Assembly: GCA_026025795.1 (NCBI GenBank)
Contig: JAPEUG010000067.1
Span: 1 to 59,810 of the forward strand
Length of the DNA: 59,810 nt
Reading direction: 5' to 3'
Source: Thelocarpon superellum
Lineage: Eukaryota
The notes under the pieces are model-generated. The model ran no database searches and had not been told where the DNA came from. It was given only the letters and a program-made list of their open reading frames with translations. Position numbers and translations under genes: made by a program. Below are positions 1-11,400 of this stretch, one piece after another. Positions within the stretch are counted from its first letter, which is position 1, and the number at the start of each line of letters is the position of its first letter.

Positions 1-4
1 CGCA

Positions 5-2035
5 ATGGAAACCTTTCTCCGGCAATGGCGCCAGGACGCGCTGAATAAACACCAGGACGATGCGGCCATCTTCATCGGCGACAAGGTGTTGGCCCTGACG
101 AAGAACGACGAGGATGCCTTTTGGCTGGCACAAGTCCACTTCTCCACCGGCAACTACACTCGCGCCCAAGGCTTCCTGGCCCGACATGATCTGGTGGCGC
201 GCAGCTCGTCGTGTCGATACCTGTCGGCCCACTGCTACATCAAGCAGTCGCGCTACGACGAGGCGTTGACGGTCTTGGGCGACAAGAACCCCACCCATCT
301 GGTGTCGAACGCGGGTCACCGACGGCGCAAGCTGCAACACGCCGAGGGCAGTGGCCGGGGTGCGGCGTCGCGGGCGGGCAAGGCCGGGTCCAAATCCGGT
401 CGGCGCGAGTCCGGCGGCGAGCGGGGCGGCGACGACGCCGGGGAGATCAAGTTCGAAGCGGCCATGTGCTACCTCCGCGGCATCTGCTACGCCAAGCAGA
501 ACGCCTTCGACCGGGCCAAGGAGTGCTACAAGTGCGCGGTGATGATCGACGTGCACTGCTTCGAGGCCTTTGACCAGCTGATGCGGAACTCGCTGCTGCC
601 GCCCGACGAGGAGTGGGCCTTTCTCGACGGCCTGGACTTTGACGGCATCACGGTGGCGAGCGGCGACGCGTCGAGCAGCCAGGAGGCGGCCGACTTCACC
701 AAGATGCTGTACACCACGCGGCTGTCCAAGTACAAGAACCCGAGCGCCTTTGCCACAGCGACCGAGACCCTCTCGACCCACTACCACCTGGCCGCCAACG
801 CCGACCTTCTGCTGGCCAAGGCCGACCTCCTCTTCACCCAATGCCGCTTCCACGACGCCCTGGCGCTGACGTCGTCCATCCTCGACGAGGACAAGTACAA
901 CTTCAGCGTGTACCCGCTGCACCTGGCCTGCCTGCACGAGCTCAACGAGAAGAACGCGCTCTTCCTCGTCGCGCACGACCTGGCCGACCACCACCCGGAC
1001 GAGCCCAGCACCTGGCTGGCCGTGGGCGTGTACTACCTCACCATCGGCAAGGTGGCCGAGGCGCGGCGCTTCTTCTCCAAGGCGAGCATGATGGACCCGC
1101 ACTTTGGCCCGGCGTGGATCGGGTTCGCGCACACGTTTGCCGCCGAGGGCGAACACGACCAAGCCATCTCGGCCTACTCGACCGCTGCGCGGCTCTTCCA
1201 GGGCACGCATCTGCCCTCGCTCTTCCTCGGCATGCAGAATCTGCAGCTCAACAACATGACCCTGGCCGACGAGTACCTCAAGTCCGCCTTCGCCCTGTGC
1301 AAGACGGACCCACTGCTGCTCAACGAGCTCGGCGTGGTCTTCTACCACCAAGAGCACCTGCGCGGCGCCGTCGACATGTTCACGTCGGCCCTCGCGCTCG
1401 CGACGGCCATCGACTCCGCGCCGACAGCCTGGCTCGCGACGCGCGCCAACCTCGGCCACGCCTACCGCCGCCTCGGCATGTTCGCGGCCGCGCTGGCCGC
1501 GTTCGACGAGGTGCTCCGCCTCGGCGGCCGCGACGGGCCCATCTTCTGCGCCAAGGGCCTCGTGCTGCTCGAGATGGGCGGCCGCGGGCGCGCCGCCGAC
1601 GCCGTCACAGCCCTGCATCTCGCCCTGGCTGCCACGCCGCAGGATCCCGTGGCGACGGATCTGCTGGCCAAGGCGCTGGCGGAGAGCTCGCTGGATGACT
1701 CGTCCACCGGGGGCGTGGGGGGGTCTAGCTTTGCCTCGGTGTCTACTCGTACGCTGGAGTCTATTGGAGAGGGGGGGCTAGGTGGTAGAGGAGGAGGAGG
1801 AGCAGGGGGGGCGGGAGAAGACGGCATCGAAGCCCGGTTCGAAGAGAGTTTGAAGATGCGAAAGGTCAGGGCTGTGAATGCTGCCTCGGGCTCTGGCTCT
1901 GGCTCAAGGGGGGGGAGAAGGGGCGGCGGTCGAGGAGGCAGAGCAGGCCGTGAAGTCGGAGGAGACGTTGGAGAAGGAGCGGAAGAGGAGGGAGAAGACA
2001 GCATGATGGACGTAAGTACATATTACGGCTCGTGA
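5..2035 (+). CDS. CDC16: Anaphase-promoting complex subunit Cdc16/Cut9/APC6 (TPR protein)
   Basis: 676-aa ORF with the Cdc16-type N-terminus (LRQWRQDALNKHQ...AIFIGDK), TPR repeats, and FGPAWIGFAHTFAAEGEHDQAISAYSTAARLF. The C-terminal tail is Gly/Glu-rich and low-complexity. GTAAGT at ~2012 could be a terminal intron donor. Confidence 0.93.
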   Translation: METFLRQWRQDALNKHQDDAAIFIGDKVLALTKNDEDAFWLAQVHFSTGNYTRAQGFLARHDLVARSSSCRYLSAHCYIKQSRYDEALTVLGDKNPTHLVSNAGHRRRKLQHAEGSGRGAASRAGKAGSKSGRRESGGERGGDDAGEIKFEAAMCYLRGICYAKQNAFDRAKECYKCAVMIDVHCFEAFDQLMRNSLLPPDEEWAFLDGLDFDGITVASGDASSSQEAADFTKMLYTTRLSKYKNPSAFATATETLSTHYHLAANADLLLAKADLLFTQCRFHDALALTSSILDEDKYNFSVYPLHLACLHELNEKNALFLVAHDLADHHPDEPSTWLAVGVYYLTIGKVAEARRFFSKASMMDPHFGPAWIGFAHTFAAEGEHDQAISAYSTAARLFQGTHLPSLFLGMQNLQLNNMTLADEYLKSAFALCKTDPLLLNELGVVFYHQEHLRGAVDMFTSALALATAIDSAPTAWLATRANLGHAYRRLGMFAAALAAFDEVLRLGGRDGPIFCAKGLVLLEMGGRGRAADAVTALHLALAATPQDPVATDLLAKALAESSLDDSSTGGVGGSSFASVSTRTLESIGEGGLGGRGGGGAGGAGEDGIEARFEESLKMRKVRAVNAASGSGSGSRGGRRGGGRGGRAGREVGGDVGEGAEEEGEDSMMDVSTYYGS

Positions 2036-2482
2036 CGATGATGATATTATGATACCACCACATCCATCTACGCATGGCTATGAACAGGTACAGGCAGTGG
2101 CAAGAAGGAAGAGATGAAGAACATCAGATTAAATCAATAAATAGAATCATGAATCATGGCATGAAGATGAGGATAATGAATCGACCCCTTTCCCTTCCCG
2201 TGCCCATCCTCCCTTCCCGTCCATGCCATTCAACCGTCCATTCCAGATCGCTCCCCCTTTCCCCATGTCTAAGCATCGATAGAAACCGTAGATGAGTGGA
2301 TATCAAAAGAGCACAACGCCACGTAACGCCACGCCACGCCACGCCGCGCCGCGCCGTGCTAAGCATCTTCGTGAAATTTAAACAAAGTGGTATACAAGCA
2401 CGCGCGCACGCACGCACGAAGAATCAAACGGCAAAGAAACGCCACCTCCACGGCTCACTTTCCCGTGCTCATCACGCTCTCG

Positions 2483-5400
2483 TCACAGATACGGCATCCA
2501 AAGGGCATCGCTTTGGGCCAACGACACAGGGTTGACGGCCTTGGCGATCAGGTCGATGACGGTCTGGTTGGCCGGGAGGTTGCCAACGGGCGGCTTGGCA
2601 AGCGATGAGGCCTTCTTGACGATGATTTCCGAATTCGTCGACACCGTCTCGCGCAGCTGGTTCTCCTGCGTCGCCGACCGGTGCTGCTGCGTGAACCAGA
2701 AGATCATCTCGTCCCGCACAAAGATGCTGAGCGTCGCGTCGAGGTCAAAGGTCGGTTCCGTCAGACACCGCGCCAGCGCCATCATCGCGCACGAGAAGAT
2801 GCCCTCGAGCGCGAGCGGGCCCAGGAGCGTCTGCAGGTTGGGCGTCAGCCGGAACGGCACCGGCTCCGGGTTGTGGAAGAACGGCTTCCCCGCCGCGATG
2901 GCCGGGATGAGCTCCGAGCCCCAGCACTGGCCCGAGGCCCGCGAGATGGACAGCTTGTGGGGGTAGCGGTTGTTCATGTGCATGATGTACGTCATGAACG
3001 TCAGCGCCGCCAGCTGGTAGGAGAAGTGCCGGCGGAAGAGCCAGAAGCCGTCGAAGGAGGGGTGGATCGCGGTGAAGTAGGACAGGGCGAGCGTCGACGG
3101 GACCTGCGTCTGTTGGATGGCCGTGTACGCCTCCATGCGCAGCGAGCTGGCCTGTTCCGCCGCCTTGGGGCTCTTGAGGTCCGACAGCGCCCGCAGCTTC
3201 TCCATGGTGAAGAGCACGGGCTCGTCCTTGTTCATGCCGTGCCGCCGGCAATGGTCCTCGTACACGCCCTGCAGCGTCACGTACGACTCGTCGTCCTGCA
3301 CCAGCCGGATGTGCGGCGCCAGCGGCACCATCAGCGGCAGGTGGAAGGCGAGATTGCGCCGCCGGCTCTCCTTGCGCTTGACCAGCACGCCGTTGAAGAT
3401 GCGGAAGAGCTGCAGGATGCGCTCCTCGCGGCGGCAGTGCCGTGCCGCCGGATGCTGGATGGCAAAGGGGTGCACGCTGCCGTCGTGGCCGCGGATGCGC
3501 AGGCGCCGGTGGCACACCCCGATGCCGCGCACCAGCTCGATCTTGGGCAGGAAGCGCTCGATGCGGATGAAGTCGTGGTTCTTGTCGCGGTGCTGCAGGT
3601 ACTGGCCCGGCACCTCGACCTCGTCGAACTTCTGGAAGCGGAACTCGCTCAGGTGCGGGCTGTACTGCTCCAGGTTCTGCTGCGTCGGCCGCCGGTCCAG
3701 CTTCTCCTCGAACTTGTCGCGCCATCGCCGCAGCTTCTGGATGTACTCGTGCATCGTCGGCTTCCTCGTCACAAAGTCCGCCTCGAACGACTTGCGGATG
3801 TGCGCCGGCAAGATCGTCTCGGCGAAGCGCGTGATGTTGGCCTCCGTCGCGGGCGGGAGCTTCACGTCCTGCGCGTATGAGGTCGGCATTCGTCCGACAT
3901 ACTGTCGAGGGTCAGCCGTGGTCAGTTCGTCGCGCGTCCGCGCCTGGGCGGGGCGGCTCACCGATAAGCCATCGTTCAACAGCGCCACGATCAGCCGATA
4001 GGCGTCCTCGTCCGGCTGACACTTGAAGTGCTTCTGAATCTGGTCCACCATCGTCTCCATCGACAGCGCCAGCAACGGGAACGCCGTCTTCAGCACCGAC
4101 ATGATCTCTTCGGTGAATTCCCACGGGTACCGCTTGGTCGAAGCCGTCGCCATCGTCGAGGAGGCCGTGCCGGCGGGCGAGGAATGCGCGCCGCCGTTGG
4201 TCTCGAGCGTGGGCGAGGCGGCACCTATTCCTGCGTCAGTCGGCAGATCCACGGCGATCCATGGACGGGACGTACCTTTCTCCTCCTTCGTCGGCGCCGA
4301 CCCATTCGCCGTGCCCGGTCGCGGCGTCGGCGGCGAGGCCTGCTTGGTGGCCCCGGGTGATGCCTGCTTGGCGGCCTTTTGCATCTTCTCCTGCTTCTGC
4401 TCCTGCTGCTTCTTGATGGCGGCCATGTCTTCGCGCGTGGTGCGCAGCAGGAAGTAGAGGGCCTGCGGGTACGCCTTGGCGATCTTGAGGAGCACGGCGC
4501 GCGAGAGACGGGCCTCGCGGTGCGACAGCGACGTCAGCAGCTGTGGGATGAAGGTGATCCAGTACCACACCGGCGTCTCGCCCTTGAAGGCCTCAAAGGC
4601 CTCGGCGATAGACCCGGCGGCGTCGTCGAGGCTCAGCAGCCAGAGGATGCGGCCCAGCAGCTTGCGCGACTTGGCATTCTTGAACAGGCCGGCGGCCTCG
4701 AGGTAGCAGCTCACCGCGGCCGCGGCGTGCTGCGGCTCGGTCGGATGGGCGCGGTGGTTGGCGTCGTTGTAGCGGCCCCACTCGGCCCAGGCCTTGGGCA
4801 GCTTGATGTCGTAGAAGAGGGCGGTGCCAAAGGCCTCGTTGGCCTCGTCCGGCTGCTGCAGCTTGGCCAGGAACATGCCCTTGAGCGTGAAGAACTCGGC
4901 CTTTTGCTGCGCGCCAAAGTAGTTGAGGTTGGTGTTGTTGATGACGTCGAGCCCGTTGGTCAGCTCGTTGCGGTTCTGGTAGTGGCACTTGGCCTGCTCG
5001 CGCAGCTTGAGGAAGGCCTCCTGGATCTCGATGTTGGGCAGGGTGTAGATGCGGCTGAGCTGATTGATGCACACGTCGGGCAGCTGGTGCTTGCGCGCCA
5101 CGTGCGCGAAGCGATTGATGATCCACGCCGTCTCGTGGTAACCGCGGTACGCGAACGAGTTGCCCGTCGCCGTGCTCGGCGGCTGCGGCAGCAGCGTGAG
5201 ATAGGTGGTGTTGATCAGGTGGAAGATGTGCTGCCGCCACGTCACCAGGTCCTGCCACGCGTTGATGTCGTCCCACACGTTGGGCAGCCGGTCGCGCCAC
5301 GTCGCCAGCAGCAGCTTGAGCTCCTGCGACTTGCCGTCCAGGTTCTGCGGCGTCGTCGCCGCCAGGCTGGCGCAGATCAGGCTGGCGTCGTGCAGCTCCA

Positions 5401-8400
5401 CCAGCTGCTGGAAGTTCTGCAACAGCGGCACATGCGCCTGCGTCAGCGCCCGCGGCAGCTGGTGCCACTTGCGGATCGACAGCTGCACCGCCTCGTCCAC
5501 CACCCGGCTAAAGTCCGCCGTCGTCTCCGTCTTGGCGTGCAGCCGCAGCAGCGACAGGAAGGCCTGGAAGAAGGCCCGGCGGGGCGTCGGCGCATCCATG
5601 ACGCCCTTGACCAGCGACTCGAGCCAGTCGCGTTGGTCCGACCCCGTCCACATCTCCACCTGGCGCCACGCGCACTCGAGGAGCAGGTCGCTGAAGTTCT
5701 CGTGCTTGGCGAAGTCGAGCAGGATCTCCCACTGCTGCAACTTCTGCGCGCACCGCACCCAGTGATCCTCCCACAGCATGTACTCGCCTTGCGCGAACGG
5801 GATCGCCCCGCTCCGCGCCTTCATCTGCGCCGTCTCGTACAGGCCCTGAGCCTTGTCCCACACCCCCTGCTGCTCGTACGACAGCGCCGCGTTGGTCTCC
5901 ACAAACTGGCAGCGCCGCCGCCACGTACCGTAGAAGAGGTCGTCCTCCTGCAGGCCCGCGTACACCTCCACCAGCGCGTCCAGGGTGCTCTCCTGCACGC
6001 TCGGGCTCTGCGGCATCAACGGCGTGATCACCGCGTCCTCGAGCAGGTGCAGCGCCGTGTACCACGCGTCGTACGTTCGGCTCACGAATTTGACGACGTG
6101 CGGCGGCAGCTTGACCCGCGGCTGCGCCCGCGCCGCCCCCTCGAGCAGCGTCTGCACCACGTTGGGCCGCCGGTCGACCTGCCGCTGGTGGAAGTCCTTG
6201 GTCAACAGCGTCACCAGCCCGCGCTCGAGCTCGGCCCGGTCGTCCTTAGCCAGCGCGGACCAGGTGAGCGGGAAGAGATGGGTCCAGAGCGCGTGGGCCA
6301 GCGCGTCGTCCACGTGCTGCAACTGGCTCAGCGGCTCCAGCAGCTCGCGCACCCGCAGCTGGCTCAGCTCCGCCACAAACGCCGCGTGCGTGTGCACCCA
6401 TGCCTCGAGCGCGTCCTCGATCAGGAGACCGCTGGCACGTGCGTCCGCCTGGTAGGGCCGTAAGCCGCGCCCGAGCGGCACCGTGGTGATGTCGTCCGGG
6501 TGCAGGGCCGCAGGAGTGCCGAGGTCGATGGCGCCCAGCAGGAGCTGCGTGGCCTGGTGCAGCCAGTAGGAGTCCGCCAGCGTGTCCCAGTTCTGCGACG
6601 TCACGACGTAGTGCAGGCGCGCGCTCGCCGTCTGGCTCAGGCTGCGGTCGAAGATGAACATGAAGCGCTGCCGCATGGCCACGTCCTGGGCGCGCGTGCC
6701 CACGAGGAAGGCGTGCTCGAGCCGAACCGTCAGCTCGGTGCGGGTGATGTGCGGGTCCTCGTAGATGCGGATGACGAGATCGAGGAACTTGGTGAGCAGC
6801 TTCGGGTCCGGTCGGGTCTCGAAGGCGAGCATCTTATGCAGCACCGCCGTCTTCTCCTTGAGCGTGGGGTAGATGTCGGTGGAGTCAAATACCCAGCCTT
6901 CCACCAGGCTCAGGATGCGCAGACAGAGCTCCGTGCTCTGCGACTTCTCCACCAGCGACGCCAGCACGCTCAGGAAGGGCCGGCGCTGCTCGCCTAGCGT
7001 CGCCATGCGCATCGCGATGATCTCGATGGCCTTGAGGATGAGGTCCGTCTGGATCTCGAGTTCACGCGGGTCCAACGCCGTGGGGACGCCGGGCTCACCG
7101 GGCTTGGCCGCTGCACCCCCGGCCGCGCCAGTCGCTGTGGCGCTGGCCGCGGCCGCGGCCGCTGCTGCCGCGGGGGCCGGTCCAGGACCGCCGCCGGGAC
7201 CGTAGGCGGCAACGTGGTCCCGGGCCAACTTCTGCGACAGGGCCTTCATCAGGTTGGGGAGGTGCTCGTCCATCTGCCCGGGCCGACTCTGGGCCAAGGT
7301 CCAGAGGATGTTGATGCTGGCGACATGCTGGCCGGCGGACAGCGTCTCGGTCGCCACCGTGGACAGCAAGGTGATGAACTCCGACGTGGACGTCTCCGCG
7401 TCGGCGTCATCGTCGTCAGCGTGCTCCTCGGGGATGGCGTCGAGGATGCGCTTAATCAGGCCGCGGCCGGCACCGATGTCCTCGCCTGACGCCCGATGGA
7501 GCGCCTCCTGGATCTCAGGATTCTCGGATCGCAATGGTTTCTCCAGCAGCTTCGCGAGCTGGGAGATGTGCGCCAGCACCCAGTCGTCGGGCTTTCCGAG
7601 CACGAGGATGCGCACGACCTGGAGCGTATTGATGATGCTGGTCGTCATCTTCTCATCCGGCTTGTCCGTGCGCTCACTCGAGGCCAGGATGGGCTCGGTC
7701 AGCTTGGGGAAAAGGTCGAGGTCCAGTTCCGTCCAGTAGCCAGGCCCGAGGAGCTGCTCGAACAGCTGGAGCGCCTTTTGGACCATCTCGTGCGGCGGCG
7801 GCGACGGCGGTGTCGTCGCAGGACTCGCCGAGGAAGTGCCGGCGACCGGAGCGGGAAGGGCTTGCGCGGCCACGCCATCGGTCGAGCGGGGCGCGGGTAG
7901 GGTGAAGCGCTCGGGGATGGAGGTGATGAAGTGCACCAGGTACTTGATGAGCACCATCTTCAGCTGTGGCGGCAGCACGTATTCCCCCCGCTCGGCTGCC
8001 CCGCCACCGGTAGTGGCGACGCTGCGCGCCGATGGTGAGGCTGCCTCTGGCGCGCCCGTCACCGAGGACGCGCCATCGAGCTTGCGCTTCTTGGCTGAGG
8101 GCGACTCAGACGGATCTCGGGGGTTTGTGGCCGACGTCGGACCCGTGCCGGCACTCGGGCCCCCACCGGTCACTCGCCGCTCCTCCCACTGCCAGATGAG
8201 CCGCACCAGATTCAAGGCGAGCTTCTTGCTCTCGTTGGACGGGTTCGGGGACGGCGCAATCTTCTGCAGCGACTGCACGATGGTGGGGGCAAATTGCTCG
8301 CGCGCGTCGTAGAAGAGGGCGGGATGGCGAACCAGAAAATGAAAGATGCTGGTCAGCTGCGGGAGGTTGCCGTTCTCCTCGAGCAGAATGCGCTTCGGCC

Positions 8401-11400
8401 ACTTGGCCCAGACCATGACATTCCCGCCGCCGCCAGCCCCCGCCGCGCTGCCTCCGACGCGCTTGGGCAGCACGCCGGCGATGAGCTCGAGGGCCTGGGT
8501 CACGAGCGCCCGGCCTTCGTTCTGGTGGGCCTTGAGCAAGGCGACGTAAATCTGGATGATGATCTTGGCCGGACAATCGTAGTGCGCGATGAAGTAGGCG
8601 ATGACGACGTAGGCCGCGTGTTTGTTGATCACGTCCTCCAGCCGGATCGAGGTCCAACCGAACTTGATGACGTCTTTGCGCACCTCGGCGATGAGGGTCC
8701 GGTGATACTTGATCAGCAGCGCCGAGAGCTGCAGCAGCTCGAGGCGCGCGTGATCCACGCCCGGTTGGCCTGCCTCCTCGCTCAGATCGCTCAGATGCGC
8801 CTTCCAGACCTTGTTGTTGACGGCCTCGGTCATGCTGCGATCCATGACGCCCGCGCCTGCGCCCGCGCCGGGGCTGGCGTCGGCGCCACGCCGCGACTGT
8901 TGCTGGATGTCCATGGCAAAGATGGGGTTCACGAGATATCGAAAGGCAAAGGTCTTGGTGAGGGCCGACGTGCCGCGGGCCGAGGAGAGATCGAGACACC
9001 GCAGGATGATGCCACGTCGATAGTCGACCGCCTCACTGGTGATGATGAAGTCGTAGAGATAACGGTACAGCGCCGGCGTGTCTTGGAGCTCGTCTGCCGT
9101 GACGGCCTCGATCACTTCGAACAGCACGTCGACGTGCGCGGGCGGCGCCTGCGCCAAGTAGGCCGTCAGGATGTCCATCACCTGCTCGCCCGCCTGCTCG
9201 ACCGCGAGCCGTAGGGCCGGGGCCACGGCATTGCGCCGTCGCTGACCCTCGAGCCGGCGCCCGGCGGCGAGCACGTGCTGCCGCACCACCACCGCGCCCA
9301 CCAGCCAGGCCGCCGCCGCCGTCGTTGCGCCGTCCGCCGCCTTTTTGGGGGCCGCGTCGGACTCCGGGGCGTTCTCTTCAGTCTGCTCCTTCTCCGTCGT
9401 CGCCTCGGTCGTCGCTGCGAGCGTGGACTCCTCCTTCGCGGCCGGGAGGGCCGTGGGCGACGGGGCGGGAGGCGACGGCGACGGCGGGGGCGGGGTGCAC
9501 ACGAGCGCGTAGATCAGATGGAGGCCGTTGACGGCCGCCGCGTCCCGCTCGGCCTCATCGGTCCGCGCAAAGCCGGCCTTCACGAGGCCATCGACGTCGG
9601 CCATGACGACGTCGCGCAACGGCTCGCTGCCCGGTGCGGCCAGGAGCTGGGCGAGGAAGCGGCCGTAGCGCATCTCGGACAAGCGGGCGGCGAAGAAGGC
9701 CCACGTCTCTTGCGGATAGCGGGTGAGGTAGCGCAGCAGCGGGGCGCGGAACGGGCTGTCCTGAGTGCGCCGTAATTTGTCCTCGAGATCGAGCACCTTG
9801 TCGACGAGGCGCGGCATGAAGGTGATGGCGGCGGGAGGCAGCAGGTAGAAGACGTTGAGGATGGCGGTGACAATCTTCATCTGCGGGTGCTGCCCCACGA
9901 GGGTGAAGGAGATCTTCTGCAGCGTGGCGGCGTCGGCGAGCGTCTCCATGTGGTCGATGAGGCGCGTGCCGATCTCCACCTTGAAGTAGTTGGTCAGCAG
10001 CGTCAGCAGCCGGGCGAGACCGTCGAGGCCGGCCACGGTGAGGCGCTTGGGATCCTGCAGGTTCATGAGGATGGGCCGCAGGCCATTCTGGAGCAGGTCC
10101 TTGGGTAGCTTGTTGGTCACCGTGAGCACCTGCTTCAGGCCCTCGTTGGCGGCGTCGATGACCGCCGGCGATTTGGCGTAGAGCGACTTGAAGAAGACGG
10201 CGATGATGCGGGGCCGGCTCTGGTTCTGGGGCGCGTTGCCAAATTCGGCATTGCTCATGGCCATGCTCAGCAGGCGGATGCAGGCCACGCGCAGCTGCAC
10301 CAGCGCCTCGGCGGTGCGGTGCTCATGCGGCTTGCCGGCCAGGCTTTCGTCGTCGGCGTCGGCCAAGGCGAGCGCCTCCATCAGCAGGCGGTCGAGCGGG
10401 CCGCCAAAGGGGACAAGGTCGTGCTGCAGGCTGACGCAGAAGGCGATGGCGTCAATGCAGCCAATCTGCGTGGCGAATGGCAGCGCGCGCAGCGGCTTGT
10501 TGTAGATGGGCGAGAGCAAGCGGTCCTTGACCGGGCCTAGCAGCGTGTACACCGGCACGCCGCTCACCTCCGCCAGCAGGGCAAAGGCCCGTTGGGTCGC
10601 CGCACGGACGTTCGGGTTCATGTGCGCCAGCTCGTAGACGAGCACGCTGGCGAGCGTCGACAACCGACTCGACGGGCTGGCCAGCTCCGTCGTGGCGGCA
10701 TCGGCGCTGCGGGCCGGGGTGCCGCGCCGCAGCAGCAGCTCGAGCGTGTCCTGGGCCTGGCGGCGCGTCGTGGCCGGCAGATCGGGCGGCATGTCTTTGA
10801 TGACGTAGAGGAGGGCGCGCACAAATTCGAGCTGGCGATCGGCCAGCCAGGCGTCGCCGAGGTCAACGCGGGTGGCGACGAGGTGGATGCCACGGGCGCC
10901 ACCCGCCTTGGTGTACCACTCCTCCTCGTGGCAGCTGTGGGCGCAGGTCTTGGCCCAGTGCGCGAAGAAGGGGAGACGTGCGGCACGTTCCGGCGCGCCC
11001 AGGAGCACACCGGCCGCGGTGCGGACGGTCTCGAGGAGCGTCGCGGCCGCCTCGCGCACGTCCGATCGGTCCGAGGCGAGCGCGGCCACGAGGGCGTCGG
11101 CCAGCACGCGACCGTCGAGGGCGACGGGGCCCTCGCCGCGGTGCACGTCAAAGGGACGCTGGGCCTGTTGGCGTTGAGCCAGGGCGCGGGCAAGGTCGAG
11201 GAGGGCGACGTGCCGGACGACGTGCGCCATAAAGGTCGTAGCCTCCTCGGCCAGGGCCGGGACGGCCATGGCGAGACAGCCGGCCTGGAACAGCTGCTGT
11301 AGCGTCTCTTCCTGCGCGTCGCGCTTGGCAATGGCGCGGTCGCCGTCCTCCGTGTCGGCAGCGTCGTCCAGGGTGTCGGGGCCCGGGGGAGCGTCGGATT

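Noticed and set aside
2319..2356. (CACGC)n/(CGCGC)n run, and other short repeats such as (GCCCGTTT)n at ~29414 and (GCGCCC)n at ~21456
   Set aside because: Ordinary simple-sequence repeats with no spacers, so not CRISPR-like.
2483..3600. Missing kinase catalytic residues in the TRA1 PI3K-like domain
   Set aside because: This is normal, since Tra1/TRRAP is an established pseudokinase.
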